Of a DNA stretch of 64,000 nt, positions 25,136-37,326 are shown one piece after another. This DNA comes from Reclinomonas americana ATCC 50394. Lineage: Eukaryota. A model generated the notes under the pieces. The model saw only the letters and a program-made list of their open reading frames with translations, had not been told where the DNA came from and did not search any database. The translations under genes and the position numbers were made by a program. Location: NCBI GenBank assembly GCA_048213135.1, contig PS015296.1:73073-137072 (forward strand), written 5' to 3'. How positions within the stretch are numbered: the first letter of the stretch is position 1; each line of letters begins with the position of its first letter.

Positions 25136-28100
25136 NNNNNNNNNNNNNNNNNNNNNNNNNNNNNNNNNNNNNNNNNNNNNNNNNNNNNNNNNNNNNNNNN
25201 NNNNNNNNNNNNNNNNNNNNNNNNNNNNNNNNNNNNNNNNNNNNNNNNNNNNNNNNNNNNNNNNNNNNNNNNNNNNNNNNNNNNNNNNNNNNNNNNNNNN
25301 NNNNNNNNNNNNNNNNNNNNNNNNNNNNNNNNNNNNNNNNNNNNNNNNNNNNNNNNNNNNNNNNNNNNNNNNNNNNNNNNNNNNNNNNNNNNNNNNNNNN
25401 NNNNNNNNNNNNNNNNNNNNNNNNNNNNNNNNNNNNNNNNNNNNNNNNNNNNNNNNNNNNNNNNNNNNNNNNNNNNNNNNNNNNNNCCCACACACGCATG
25501 TACGCGCATGCACTCTCCACCCACTTGTCTCTATCATCTCGCACCTTCTCATCTTGCGTCATTCACCCTTCTCTGTGTTCTCTCTCACACATGCACACTC
25601 TTACTCTCACTCATTCACTATCCATCCACTTGTCTGTCATCCCACACTCACCCTTCTCTCCCCCTTCTCATCCCCCTCTCTCCCCCTCTCTTTTTCTCTC
25701 CCCTCTGCCCAGGCGTCGACTCCAACTTCTCCAGCGAGAGTGCCCGCGCGCTCCTCTACGTCCTCTTTGGCCGCACCGGCGAGGGCGTAATGTCAAACGC
25801 ACAGCTTCCGGGTGGCGAGTACGCCGAGGACACCATTCTGCTCATCACACAGCGCGGTGTACGGTACGCCCTCACCCTCTCTCTTCCCCGCCCTCTCTCT
25901 CCTTCCCACTCACACACACCCCACAGCGTGTTCTGTCACGAAAAGGGACTCACTCACTTCCGCTCCGTGCTGCACTCGTGGGGAGCGCTGGTTCTCGACG
26001 TCTACTGCTTGCCGGAGGCCGATCAGCGCGATGCCGATGAGCTGGAAGAGTTCAAGATTCGCGCCTTTGTGGACATGATGAAGGGCGTGCAGCGAGTCGG
26101 CATCCCGCTCAAGCCCAAGCGGGCGGCCGGATCGGAGGTGGAGGACCTTCGCCACGAGGATGTGTTTGAGGTGGAGCTGTGGCCCATTATCAAGGCGTAT
26201 GCGCTGGAAGGTTTGGTGGTGTTGAGTGGGAGTCACCTCTCTCGGTTTTTTATTTCTCACAATTATGTTGGCGACAGAGTTTGGCAGTGGTCACGGTTTC
26301 TTCACCATGCAGCACGCGGTGGTGAACGTGACGCAGTCGATGCGGGCTGTGTATGCGACGTTTGACTCGCGCGATCTCAACATTCTTAACGACGGCAGTG
26401 TGCGAATGCTGAGGTGTGTGTGAAGGGCAGGGAAGGGGATTGAGTGATGGTGTGTGTTTCTTCATCTCTCTCTTCCCTCTCCCATCTCGTTCCTCGTCTC
26501 CCCGCGTCTCGTTCCTCGGTTGCCTCCCGTCTCGTTCCCTCGTTCCTCGTCTCTCGTCTCGTTCCTCGTCTCCCTCCCGTCTCTCGTGCCTCGCCTCTCC
26601 CGTCTCGTTCCTCCTCGCCTCTCCCGTCTCGTCCCTCCTCGCCTCTCCTGTCTCGTTCCTCCTCGCCTCTCCCGTCTCGTTCCTCCTCGCCTCTCCCGTC
26701 TTGTGTCTCGTCTTCCTCCCGTCTCGTTCCTCGTCTTCCTCCCGTCTCGTTCCTCGTCTTCCTCCCGTCTCGTTCCTCGTCTTCCTCCCGTCTCGTTCCT
26801 CGTCTTCCTCCCGTCTCGTTCCTCGTCTTCCTCCCGTCTCGTTCCTCGTCTCCCCCCCGTCTCGTTCCTCGTCTCCCTCCCGTCTCGTTCCTCGTCTCCC
26901 TCTCGCCTCGTGCCTCGTCTTTCTGCCGTCTCGTTCCTCGTCTCCCTCTCGCCTCGTGCCTCGTCTTTCTGCCGTCTCGTTCCTCGTCTCCCTGCCGTCT
27001 CGTTCCTCGTCTCCCTGCCGTCTCGTTCCTCGTCTCCCTGCCGTCTCGTTCCTCGTCTCCCTGCCGTCTCGTGCCTCGTCTTTCTGNNNNNNNNNNNNNN
27101 NNNNNNNNNNNNNNNNNNNNNNNNNNNNNNNNNNNNNNNNNNNNNNNNNNNNNNNNNNNNNNNNNNNNNNNNNNNNNNNNNNNNNNNNNNNNNNNNNNNN
27201 NNNNNTCTCGTCTCGTTCCTCGTCTCCCTCTCGTCTCGTTCCTCGTCTCCCTCTCGTCTCGTTCCTCGTCTCCCTCTCGTCTCGTTCCTCGTCTCCCTCT
27301 CGTCTCGTTCCTCGTCTCCCTCCCATCCTCTCTTCCCCCTCCCATCCTCTCATCCTCTTTCCACCCTTCTCTCCCCCCTTCTCTTCCCCACACCCTTCCC
27401 CTTCTCTTCCCTCCCTTCCCCCCTCTTTCCCCTCCTTCCGTTCCTCCAGGGAGCACTACGAGCTCTTCCTGCGACGCATGGACGCTCTGGGCGCCGACGG
27501 CCGACGTGATCTCTCCGAGGTGGCCATGGCCGAGGACCTACAGAGCTTTTACGAGTACGGCGCGCTCCGCAGGTGTGTTTTTTATTTTTCGCGTGCAGAG
27601 TTCATTTCATTCGCTCACATCTGTGTAGCGGCGGGTGGGGCGACGGCTGGCACCCGACATGCCTCTTTGGTGCCGCGACACCGACTCGCCTGCCATCCGA
27701 ATCCAAGACGTGGAACGATGCATTTGGTGAGTGGGAGGGCGCGGGAGGCACCGCTTGTCGAGCGAGAGCCATGTGTGTGGTGACGACATGCTTGCGCAGG
27801 ATACGGCAAGCGTGAGCCGCCGATTGTCACCGTGCGCGGTGTCGACGGTCGCCAACCAATCATGTTCTGCCGCACCTTGTTTGCCGGCACCGGCCATTTG
27901 TCGCGTGATTCGTACACCGAGATCGAGAGGCTAGTGGTGGACGAGGCCGAGGAGCGCATGTTTGAGGAGTACTCGACCAAGACACTGCGGTACGTCACTT
28001 TCCCTTCATAGCCCTCTCGCCTTCTCCCTTTCTCAAATCTATCTCACGCAGCATTCTGGAGGCGGTCTACACGCGAATCGTCAACGTGGTGCGCACCAGT

Positions 28101-30194
28101 GGAGCGGAGCTGGCCGACATGGCGCAGCGATCTGCGTTCACCAACAAGCACGTGCGCATGGTGGAGTTGGAGACACGACTGCGCGACATGGCACTGGCTG
28201 CACTGGCCTCCATCCCCACTCGCAGCGACCATGCCGCCTGTGCGGCACTGCGTGGTCACGACTGGAGGTGAGCAACACGCCCACTTGTGAATCATTTTCT
28301 TTCAGCGTCTTGACCACGGAGCGCAGCAATTCCGTGGAGGTGCGCGTGGAGCGTGTCAAGGGCGCCGTCGATGCCGTGCACCCGGCTACCTCCTCGCCAC
28401 TGCTCTACATCGAGCTGGCCGTGCACGCCGTGCCGGGATGTGTCGATGCCGATGGCGATGCATGCGTCCGCTACGGAGACACCCTGGCGATGCTGCAGTG
28501 GAGTGACGCGATGATTCGACAACTTTCGGCGCGGCGACGCGCCGAGTCTCACGTCTACAACCTCACTGGCACCTTCCCCACCTTTGTGTGGTGGCGTCGC
28601 GATGGACCCGAGGCGCTGGTGCGTGCCACATTTTTTCTTCTCAGTGATTTCATCGCTTCTGACGTGTAGCGGTGCAGGCCGAGCGCAACGTTCGAAACTC
28701 ATTCGAGCGCATCGCTCGCGGTGTGGGCGGCTCCCACGACACACTCGGCCAGCTGGTGCTCGGTACGGGTGATGTGATATGAGTTGTATGGCCTTTCCTC
28801 TCTCTCACACGTACCTCACCAGATCCGGTGGAGGGCCGCGTGGAGATTGCCGTGTCGTGTGAACATTTCCCGCACGACAGCGTACTCTCGCGTGGCCACG
28901 TGCAGTTCTTTGCCGCTGGTCTGGTCATTGAAGATCCGCGACTGGGCACACAGGTGCTGGACTTTGCACCGTCGCGCAGCCATCACGAGATGAGCTCGTA
29001 CTTTGGCTCCTCTGGCGTCAGCGACCAGAAGACTGTGCGCGCCATCACGGTCACCAATCACACCACGGTGAGTAGGCACACCCTCATTGCGAGTCTTCAA
29101 TCTTTGGCTGAAACCGTCACCACTCTGTGGCCGCAGGAGTCGGGCGTGGAGTGCACGCTGCTCATTCTGGAGCTGGACGAGTCGTCACCGGTGGGCTTCT
29201 TCGATGGACCTCTGCGGTGCCTCGGCCCGGCTCCGGTGCTTTTCCTCTGCATCCGCGCGCGCACCTCCACCTCGATCGCCGTCATGCGCGACGTGCTGCC
29301 GCAATGGAAGCAACTGGCACTTGATGAGGTCTCTCCATGTGTGTGTGTTCGTCGCCGCTGCATCCTGCTGCTGCTGGCTCAATGCTTCTCCGCACAGGGC
29401 ATCTCGTACAGCAATCAGTCCGAGATCCCGGCCTCGATCACTCTGCCGTCATTCGCGTTGACGGGTGTCCTTCAGCAGCGCACATACCCTCTGCCGGAGC
29501 CTTTCATCCACAACTATCGCGTCTGCGAGGCCACACAGTACTTGACGGCGCTGGATGGAGAGTCGCGATTGCCGTGAGTTTCTTCGTCTCTCTCTCTCTC
29601 TCTCGCCTCTCTCTCTCGTCTCTACGTACTACTCGTCCGTACGTCGTACGTACGCACGCGACGCCTCGTTCGTNNNNNNNNNNNNNNNNNNNNNNNNNNN
29701 NNNNNNNNNNNNNNNNNNNNNNNNNNNNNNNNNNNNNNNNNNNNNNNNNNNNNNNNNNNNNNNNNNNNNNNNNNNNNNNNNNNNNNNNNNNNNNNNNNNN
29801 NNNNNNNNNNNNNNNNNNNNNNNNNNNNNNNNNNNNNNNNNNNNNNNNNNNNNNNNNNNNNNNNNNNNNNNNNNNNNNNNNNNNNNNNNNNNNNNNNNNN
29901 NNNNNNNNNNNNNNNNNNNNNNNNNNNNNNNNNNNNNNNNNNNNNNNNNNNNNNNNNNNNNNNNNNNNNNNNNNNNNNNNNNNNNNNNNNNNNNNNNNNN
30001 NNNNNNNNNNNNNNNNNNNNNNNNNNNNNNNNNNNNNNNNNNNNNNNNNNNNNNNNNNNNNNNNNNNNNNNNNNNNNNNNNNNNNNNNNNNNNNACGTCC
30101 GTACCGTACGTCGTCGTCGGTGTCGGTCGGTCGCCGTTCGGTTCGTTCGTTACGTCGTCGTACGTCGTCGTGTCGGTCGGTACGTACGTCGCGC

Positions 30195-30263
<69 letters not shown>

Positions 30264-32541
30264 CCAAGCCGTCGCTGTGACAATCTTTATTCCTCACTCT
30301 GGCGGTGGGCGCAGGAGGAATTCCGACCCGTGGACGATCTTCCCGAGTACATTAGTTCGGCGGTGGAGACGCTGACAAGGACATTCACTCCCGGCACGCA
30401 AATTCAGGTTCCGCTTCCCGCTGCAACAGTGCCTTGTATACCGGAAGCTCATCGTGCACACTCTCTTTGTTTTGGTTCTTCTAACAGAGATGTCTGTGCC
30501 TCGTACTTCCGGCGTCGATGAGTGCACCAGCGGCCGCCATTCGCCTCGAGCAGGCGTGCGGCACGATTTCGCGTCATTTCCGACCAAGTGCACCTGGGTG
30601 AGTTTGGCGATTGGGTGGCAGGAGCATGCGTAGTTGCTGACAACATCGACCACGACAGACTCAGCCGCGTGGCACTCCGTCTGGCTGCGGTGGTGGCCTG
30701 TGTGGCGACAACCACGTTTGCGGAAACAGGGGTTGTGCCTGCTTGCCCGCCGTCCTTGCGACACGGCGACCTGCCGCACTTGCCAGTCGCGCAGCAGAGT
30801 GCACTTTACAGTGCCGCCGGTTTCACCACGCACATTGTCGGCGACGACGCACGTGGAACAATCAAGGTTTGTGTGTGTGCGTGTTGTCTGCCTGTGTGGC
30901 ACAGTTGGCGCCCGACGCGAGAGGCGTAGTCCTTATCGTACGTCACTGCGTAGGATGCTGTGGCCGAAGAGATGCTGCAGCAGCTGCGCTCCGCCAACCC
31001 ACTGGCCAAGGTGTTCACCAATGTGCGACGGATGGACACGGACGACTTCCTCACCATTGTACGCGACTCGTCGTCGTCGCCGGGCAAGCCCGTGTGCTGC
31101 TACTACTCGTCAGCACTGCTGTATGCACGGTTCGTGCCGTGTGGGCGTGGAGGAGATGCCGTTTGCACGCTCACACGTATGCACTCGTTTGCAGAGCACT
31201 TTATTCGCCGTGGACGCTGCTGCAGTCGGCGGTGGATGTGGAGTCTGCGGTAGACAAGTGTTGCGTTGTGGTCTTCTTTCTTTCCACACCGCTCCTTCTT
31301 GGTCCCCGTTTCCTTTTTGTTCTTCTAGCATGTCTAGCATCCTCCTCGTTTCTCCTCCTCTCTGTCGATCTCCACCTTTTTGTCCGTCTCTGTCTCCAAT
31401 CTGTCGCTCCCTCTTTCTTTCCCCTTGTCTCTATCACCCCCTCACCGTTTTCCACAGTGTACAGCCGCGACGACTTGCAATCCAGCTTCCTGGTCAACGT
31501 GTCCGGTGCGTTTGACCGGCAGCGTCTGGAATCGGCATTGTCGACTCTCTTTGCTGGTCTGTAACTGACTGTTGTGGTGGCGAAGCAATCAAATTGTGTG
31601 GCGACTGACCTGATTGTCTGGTGTAACAGGCACGACTTATCTTCATGTCCGCGGCCACGTGGCATTGCAGGAACGTGACACGTACTCGCGCCAGCTGCTC
31701 GACTCCAATCGTCTGCGCACACACTTTATGCCCATTCGGTGCGCATTTGTTTCCTGTCATTTCTCTCTCTCTCTCTCTCCCTCCCCCTCCGTCCCTCCCT
31801 CCCTTCCTCCCTTTCTCCCTCCTCCCTCTCTCTCCTAATCTCCCTCCCTCCCTCCCTCCCTCCCTCCCTCCCTCCCTCCCTCCCTCTCTTTCTCCCTTTC
31901 TCCCTTCCCCCCTCCCTCCCCCCTCCCTCCCTCCCTCCTTCCCTCCCCCCCTATCTCCCCCTCCCACCATCCCTCCCTCACTCACACACATCCTTGACTG
32001 CACGCAGCGACGGCATGGGCTATCGCATCCCGCTGCGTGATGCAGTTGACGAGCGCGGTCTGCGTATCTCCACCTCACTCGTGTTCTACGGACCCCTGCG
32101 TACACTCGGTGACCAGCAATTCAAAGAAAAGGCCACGGCAGCCATCAAGGGCGCTGTGCTGGAGGTGTGTTCTGTTGCCACATGAAGAAGAAGTTCTTAT
32201 CTCGAGAAAAACTGAAAGTGTAATCTCTGGCAGGCCTTCCAGTTCCGCACGTCCATCACCGAGGAGTCTCTGACGCAGACACATCTGGACCAAATCCGTC
32301 AGCGACACATTCACGATGAGTTGCCGTCGGGCTGGATGTTCACCGGCGCCCAGTATGTGACGGCGGGCGGTGCCACCTCCAGATATCATCCTCGTTTCGT
32401 GTTTGTCGTCACCATCAACAACAGTCCTCACGGTGTCTGACTCTCGCGCACGCAGAAATGCAAGAGTTCATTCGTCAGTACGTGGAGGATGAGAACGCCA
32501 AGGCCGCGGCGCACAACGCCAGCATTCCCGACATTGACTGA
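24840..32541 (+). CDS. DNAAF9: Shulin / DNAAF9 (C20orf194-like) outer dynein arm packaging factor; multi-exon, spans assembly gaps in introns
   Basis: N-terminal LDGLLLIGGVDS...LLYVLFG...EDTILLI...EEFKIRAFVDMMKGVQRVGIP...FEVELWPIIKAYALE..G.GFFTMQH...LSEVAMAEDLQSFYEYG. C-terminal LPSGWMFTGAQYV...YHPQMQEFIRQYVEDEN. Both ends match C20orf194 as I recall it. Confidence 0.88.
26480..27322 (+). repeat. Intronic minisatellite, ~23-bp unit CCCGTCTCGTTCCTCGTCTTCCT
   Basis: Many tandem near-identical units on both sides of an N gap, within a Shulin intron. Confidence 0.9.
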
Positions 32542-32659
32542 GGTTTCTCTCTTGATTGCTTTCTCGCTCGCAGTTGTTTCATGAGTCCGCGTACAATGCA
32601 TAAGAAAAGTCACGTGTTGCAGAAACGAGAGAGACCCTGTTATTAATTAGTGTTCAGGT

Positions 32660-34822
32660 TCATGTGTTCCACTGGTAGAGCCATGCAGCTAGCACCACAG
32701 CGGCGGCGCTGGCGACCAAGCCAAACAGGCGCCTCTTCTTCGCCGGAGGCAGTCGGCGCTCAATATCTAGCCTGCCGGACCACGGCACGCCAGCGGCAGC
32801 TTGAATCATGTCGGCCGACAGATTCGGGTTTTGGAGCAGCTCGCAGGAGAGCAGTCTTGGACACTGCTGCAGCGTCTCCGCGATGAGTGGTGCACTGGCG
32901 TCGGTAAAATCACAGCCTGCATCAACGCGGTAATCGTGAGAGGGTGCTGCTACCATTCCTCACTGGTGGACAACGCAACTCGTCAACGACAAGTGTGTGA
33001 GGGGTCGACGTGCCACTCGGGCATTCTCTCGCACACCGCGCAGCAGAAGCTCAGCTGTGCATGTAAGTAAGCCCCTTGGGCAAGTCAAAGGGCTCGAAGT
33101 GGAGACAAAATAGCGTACCACCAGCGTCGCCAATCCCAGCCAACACGGACGAATTGTACATGTACCACAGCGGAGAGGATAATGAGAGCGATTGCAGTGT
33201 GCACTCGGGGCGCGCAAGGTACTCGGTCAGTGGTCGGCATACATCAGGTTCGACACTGGCGCACACCACCAGCTTGCGTAATGGGTGACAGCCAGCGGTC
33301 AGCGCATCCACCATCATCGCCATGTTGTCGCCCGTGCAGCGCAGTGCGTTCATTGGCATTTCGGGATGCCAACACGCTTCCTCCTCTATCTTGAGGGAGG
33401 TCAGACATGAACCGGAGCCGAGAGCTTGACAGAACTTGTGCCAGCGAGGTTGACTCTCCCACAGCTGGGTGCGGATCACTGCGTGGAGTATGTTTGTGAT
33501 ACGGAGGAGGGCAAGAGAGCCTATGCACACTTTCGAGCGACGCAACTTTTGAGCGACAGCTTCTCCAGGTTGGGGCACGTGTCGAGGAGCTGGCTAATGA
33601 CATCCAACTGTGGAGTCGGGTCTGTACGCGATAATGATATGTGTCAGCCAGAGACGAGGTCATGCATGAAGACCGACAAGCAACTCACGGTCCTCCAGGC
33701 TGACTTGCAGACGGCGTAGATGCGGCATGCCGACTGCAGCGGCTCCGCGCAGTAGCACATACTTGCAGCCTCCGTACAGTCGCAGGCACTCGAGCTGCTG
33801 GTGTCGTTCGAGAGCTCGCACCACCCACGGCATATCCCGACCGCGATTAACGTTGAATAGTTCCTCGTCTTCCCACAACACATCTGCGAGGCGTCAGTCA
33901 GTTTACCACTCCCAAGAAACGGCAGGGAGTGCAGGTCGTCGCCACCACGTACATCTCAGTTCGAGCACACGCAGCGTCGTGCTGGCCTCCATCAGGAACG
34001 GGTGAATGAGGTTCTCGTACGTGTAACCATTCATCCCTTCATCGTCCTCGAACCACGACAATCGCACAGTGTGCAGCATCGGCAACGAAGCAATCGCCCG
34101 CAGCAGCTCCTGCGCACAGACCGGCGTCTCCGCCATGAACGAGTCGACCTCGACCGTGCGCAGCCGTGGTGTCAACTCGGGCGACATGAGCCGGAAGAAC
34201 TGCGCCGCTTCTACCTCCGTGTCGGCCTCGACGAATGTGTTGGAACTGGCCGTCAACATGGTGAGTGAGGTGTGTGTGAGAAAAGGGCGAGAGAGAGAGA
34301 GAAAGAGAACCGCAACAGACAGATGGAATCCAAACGCGCCAATAGCGCCCTGACTGCCTCGTCGTTCACATCCACCGCCTGCAGTTCCTGCGGGCAGTAA
34401 TTCGTGTCGACTGCGTTCTCATGAGAGAGAGCGAGTGAGCGACAGAGGAAGTGTGCGTGTGCGTGTGCGTGTGTAAGAGAGAACAGGCAAGGCGCACACT
34501 CGATCGCTCGCAGGTTCGGCAGCGCCTTGCCGGCGTGACTGAGATACTTGGTCGAGCGCAGCTTTACGGACGTGATCACTTGCCGTTGCAGCTGCCACCA
34601 CGTCCTGTTGTGTGCGTGAGCGAGAGGAAGGTAATGCACAAAAGGAGTTGTCTCAGCAGAGACCTGCACACGGTGCACTGTCGTCGCCAATCATCTTGAT
34701 CGACAAAGCCGAGAATCACGCGCCACACGCCCTGCGTATCGGGCATCGGCGTTACCATTGTGTAGTGCGAGAGGGCGATCAAGGTGTGACACACGCACCA
34801 GCTCGGGGATCACAGTCTGCAT
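32660..34822 (-). CDS. F-box + RNI-like LRR protein with C-terminal transmembrane tail, tandem copy A
   Basis: Spliced N-terminus MQTVIPEL|GVWRVILGFVDQDDWRRQCTVCR|TWWQLQ is F-box-like. LRR units LPNLRAIE, LPMLHTVRLS, TLRVLEL, MPHLRRL, CPNLEKL, HPLRKL. Tail KKRRLFGLVASAAAVVLAAWLYQWNT*. Confidence 0.75.
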
Positions 34823-34959
34823 GCTCATCGCAGCGATCGAAAAGTGATTTTGGATCGACTGTCGCTGCGCTAGCGATGTCGACGTCGAGTTGTCTCTCTT
34901 TCTCTCGACGTCGTTCATGCTCCAAAGCTGCAACAGCGATCCCAAAATTATATTAATGT

Positions 34960-37127
34960 TCAGGTTCCTGCATTCCACTGGTAGAGACATGCAGCCAGTA
35001 CGACAGCGGCGGCGCTGACGACCAAGCCAAACAAGCGCCTCTTCTTGGAATTTGGCAGCGGACGATCGATCTCCAGCCTGCCGGACCACGGCACGCCATT
35101 GGCTGGTTGTATCTTCGCGGCCGACAGTTTCGGGTTCAGGAGCAGGTTGCACAGGAGCAGACTTGGGCACTGCTGCAGCGTCTCGGCGATCAGTGGTGCA
35201 CTGGCGTCGGTGAAGCCGCAGTCTGCGTCATTCATGGCCATGAGAAGAGTGTGCTGCACACGATCCGCACTCGACAACGCAACTCGGCAACGACAAGTGC
35301 CGCAGAGGTCGACAAGCCACTCGTGCGTTCTCTCGCACACCGCGCAGCAAAAGCTCAGCTGCGCGCATCAATCGGTAAAGGTGTTGGGCAACGCGGAGCG
35401 CTAAAAGACAACGCATACGCACCACCAGTGTCGCCAATCTCCAAGAGCGCGGCCGTACTGTACACGTAATACTTTCGTGGCGAGGACAACGAAAGCGTTT
35501 GCAGTGTGCACTCGGGGCGCGCAAGGTACTCGGCCAGCGGCCGACATACGTCAGGTTCGACACTGGCGCACACCACCAGCTTGCGTAGCGGGTGACGGCC
35601 AGCAGTTAGTGCATCCACCAGCATCGCCATGTTCTCGCCCGTGCAGCAGAGTGCTTCCATCGAGCTTTGTGCGCCCCACCATCCTTGCTCCTCGATCGTG
35701 AGGGAGGTCAGACATGAGCCCGAGTTGAGAGCTCGACAGAATTTCTGCCAGCGAGGTTGACTCTCCCACAGCTGCGGCCGAGTTACTGTTTCTATACCGT
35801 ATGACAATCGCGACAAGCGCTTGTCGCAGCATCAGGCGCACGCAACTAGTGACCGACACCTTCTCCAGCTCAGGGCACACATCGATGAGCTGGCTTACGG
35901 CATCCAACTGCGGGGTCGAGCCTGCAATGATTGTGCAGGTCACCAACAACGCAGTCAAGCATGAAGACCGACAATCGCACGCACCGTCCTCCAGAGTGAC
36001 GTGCAGACGGCGGAGATGTGGCATGCCGACTGCAGCGGCACCACATAGTAGGGGCAGCTTGCGTGTTCCGCGCACACGCAGGCACTCAAGCTGCTGGTGT
36101 CGTTCGAGAGCCCGCGCCGCCAACCGCTGCTCCCGATCAATGTCGAACACTTCCTCGCTTTCCCACAGCATAGCTGCGCGCAAAGCGACAGCACCGAGGT
36201 GAAAAACTCTCCACCGCCACGACCAAGGAGATCGAGAGTGCACCACTCACATTGTAGGTCGAGCACGCGCAGCGTCGTACTGGCTTGCATCAGGAACGGG
36301 TGCATGAGATTCTCGTACGTGTAGCCGAGCATCCCTCCGTCGTCGTCGAACCACGACAATCGCACAGTGTGCAGCATCGGCAGCGACGCAATCGCTCTCA
36401 GCAACTCCTGTGCGCTCGTGGGGGTCTCCGCCAGGAACTGGTCGACCTCGACCGTGCGCTGCCGTGGCGTCAACTCGGGCGACATGAGCCGGAAGAATTT
36501 TGTCACCACCATCTCTGAGTCAGTCTCGACGTACATGTTGTAGCTGGCCGTCAACACGGTGAATGGGATGAGAGAGAGAGAGAGAGAGGGAAAGGACGGA
36601 AAGGAGACTGCAAGTGGTGAAGCACGCAACAGGCGGATGAAATCCAATCGCGCCAAGAGTGCCCTGACGGCCTCGTCGTTCACATCCACCGACAACAGAG
36701 GCTCGGGGTCGAGAGTATCCTGGAGCCCCACAGCGTCGACTGTGAACGCGAAAGTGAGCAAGTGAGCGACAGTGTGAGAGAGAACAGGCAAGGCGCACAC
36801 TCGATCGCTCGCAAGTTCGGCAGTGCACTGGCAATCTGACAGAGATGCTTGGTTGAGTGCACCTTGACACGGGTGATCGCCTGCCGCTGCAGCTGCCACC
36901 ACGTTCTGTGTGCACACAATGCGTGAGCGAGAGCAACTCGATGCACATAAGCAGTTGTCTCAGAAGAGACCTGCACACGGTGCATTGTCGTCGCCAATCA
37001 TCTTGATCGACAAAGCCGAGGATCACGCGCCACACGCCCTGTGCGTTTCGCATCGGCGTTACCATTGTGTAGAACGCGGAGTAGCGATCACATGTGCACA
37101 CACCAATTCGGGGATCGCGGTCTGCAT
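34960..37127 (-). CDS. F-box + RNI-like LRR protein with C-terminal transmembrane tail, tandem copy B
   Basis: Same exon layout as copy A: MQTAIPEL|GVWRVILGFVDQDDW... Tail KKRRLFGLVVSAAAVVLAACLYQWNAGT*. Confidence 0.75.
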
Positions 37128-37201
37128 TTGCGTCGACGATTAGATTGTGTTTTTTGAATCGACAGTCGATATCGATGTCGACGAGGTCCGACGAGCAGTC
37201 T

Positions 37202-37236
<35 letters not shown>

Positions 37237-37326
37237 NNNNNNNNNNNNNNNNNNNNNNNNNNNNGTGTTTCTCTTTATCGTTCAGCAAAAACGGCGTTCC
37301 CGAATTATTTTAATGCCCGGGGTTCA

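Noticed and set aside
26250-27783. Long repetitive ORFs (RRGTRREG / SRLVPRL) and a possible CRISPR-like array
   Set aside because: These are translations of an intronic 23-bp minisatellite. There are no unique spacers and the context is eukaryotic.
29620-30195. CGTA/GTCG-rich sequence flanking an N gap
   Set aside because: Low-complexity sequence at contig edges inside a Shulin intron. It may be poor-quality read ends, and I see no interpretable structure.
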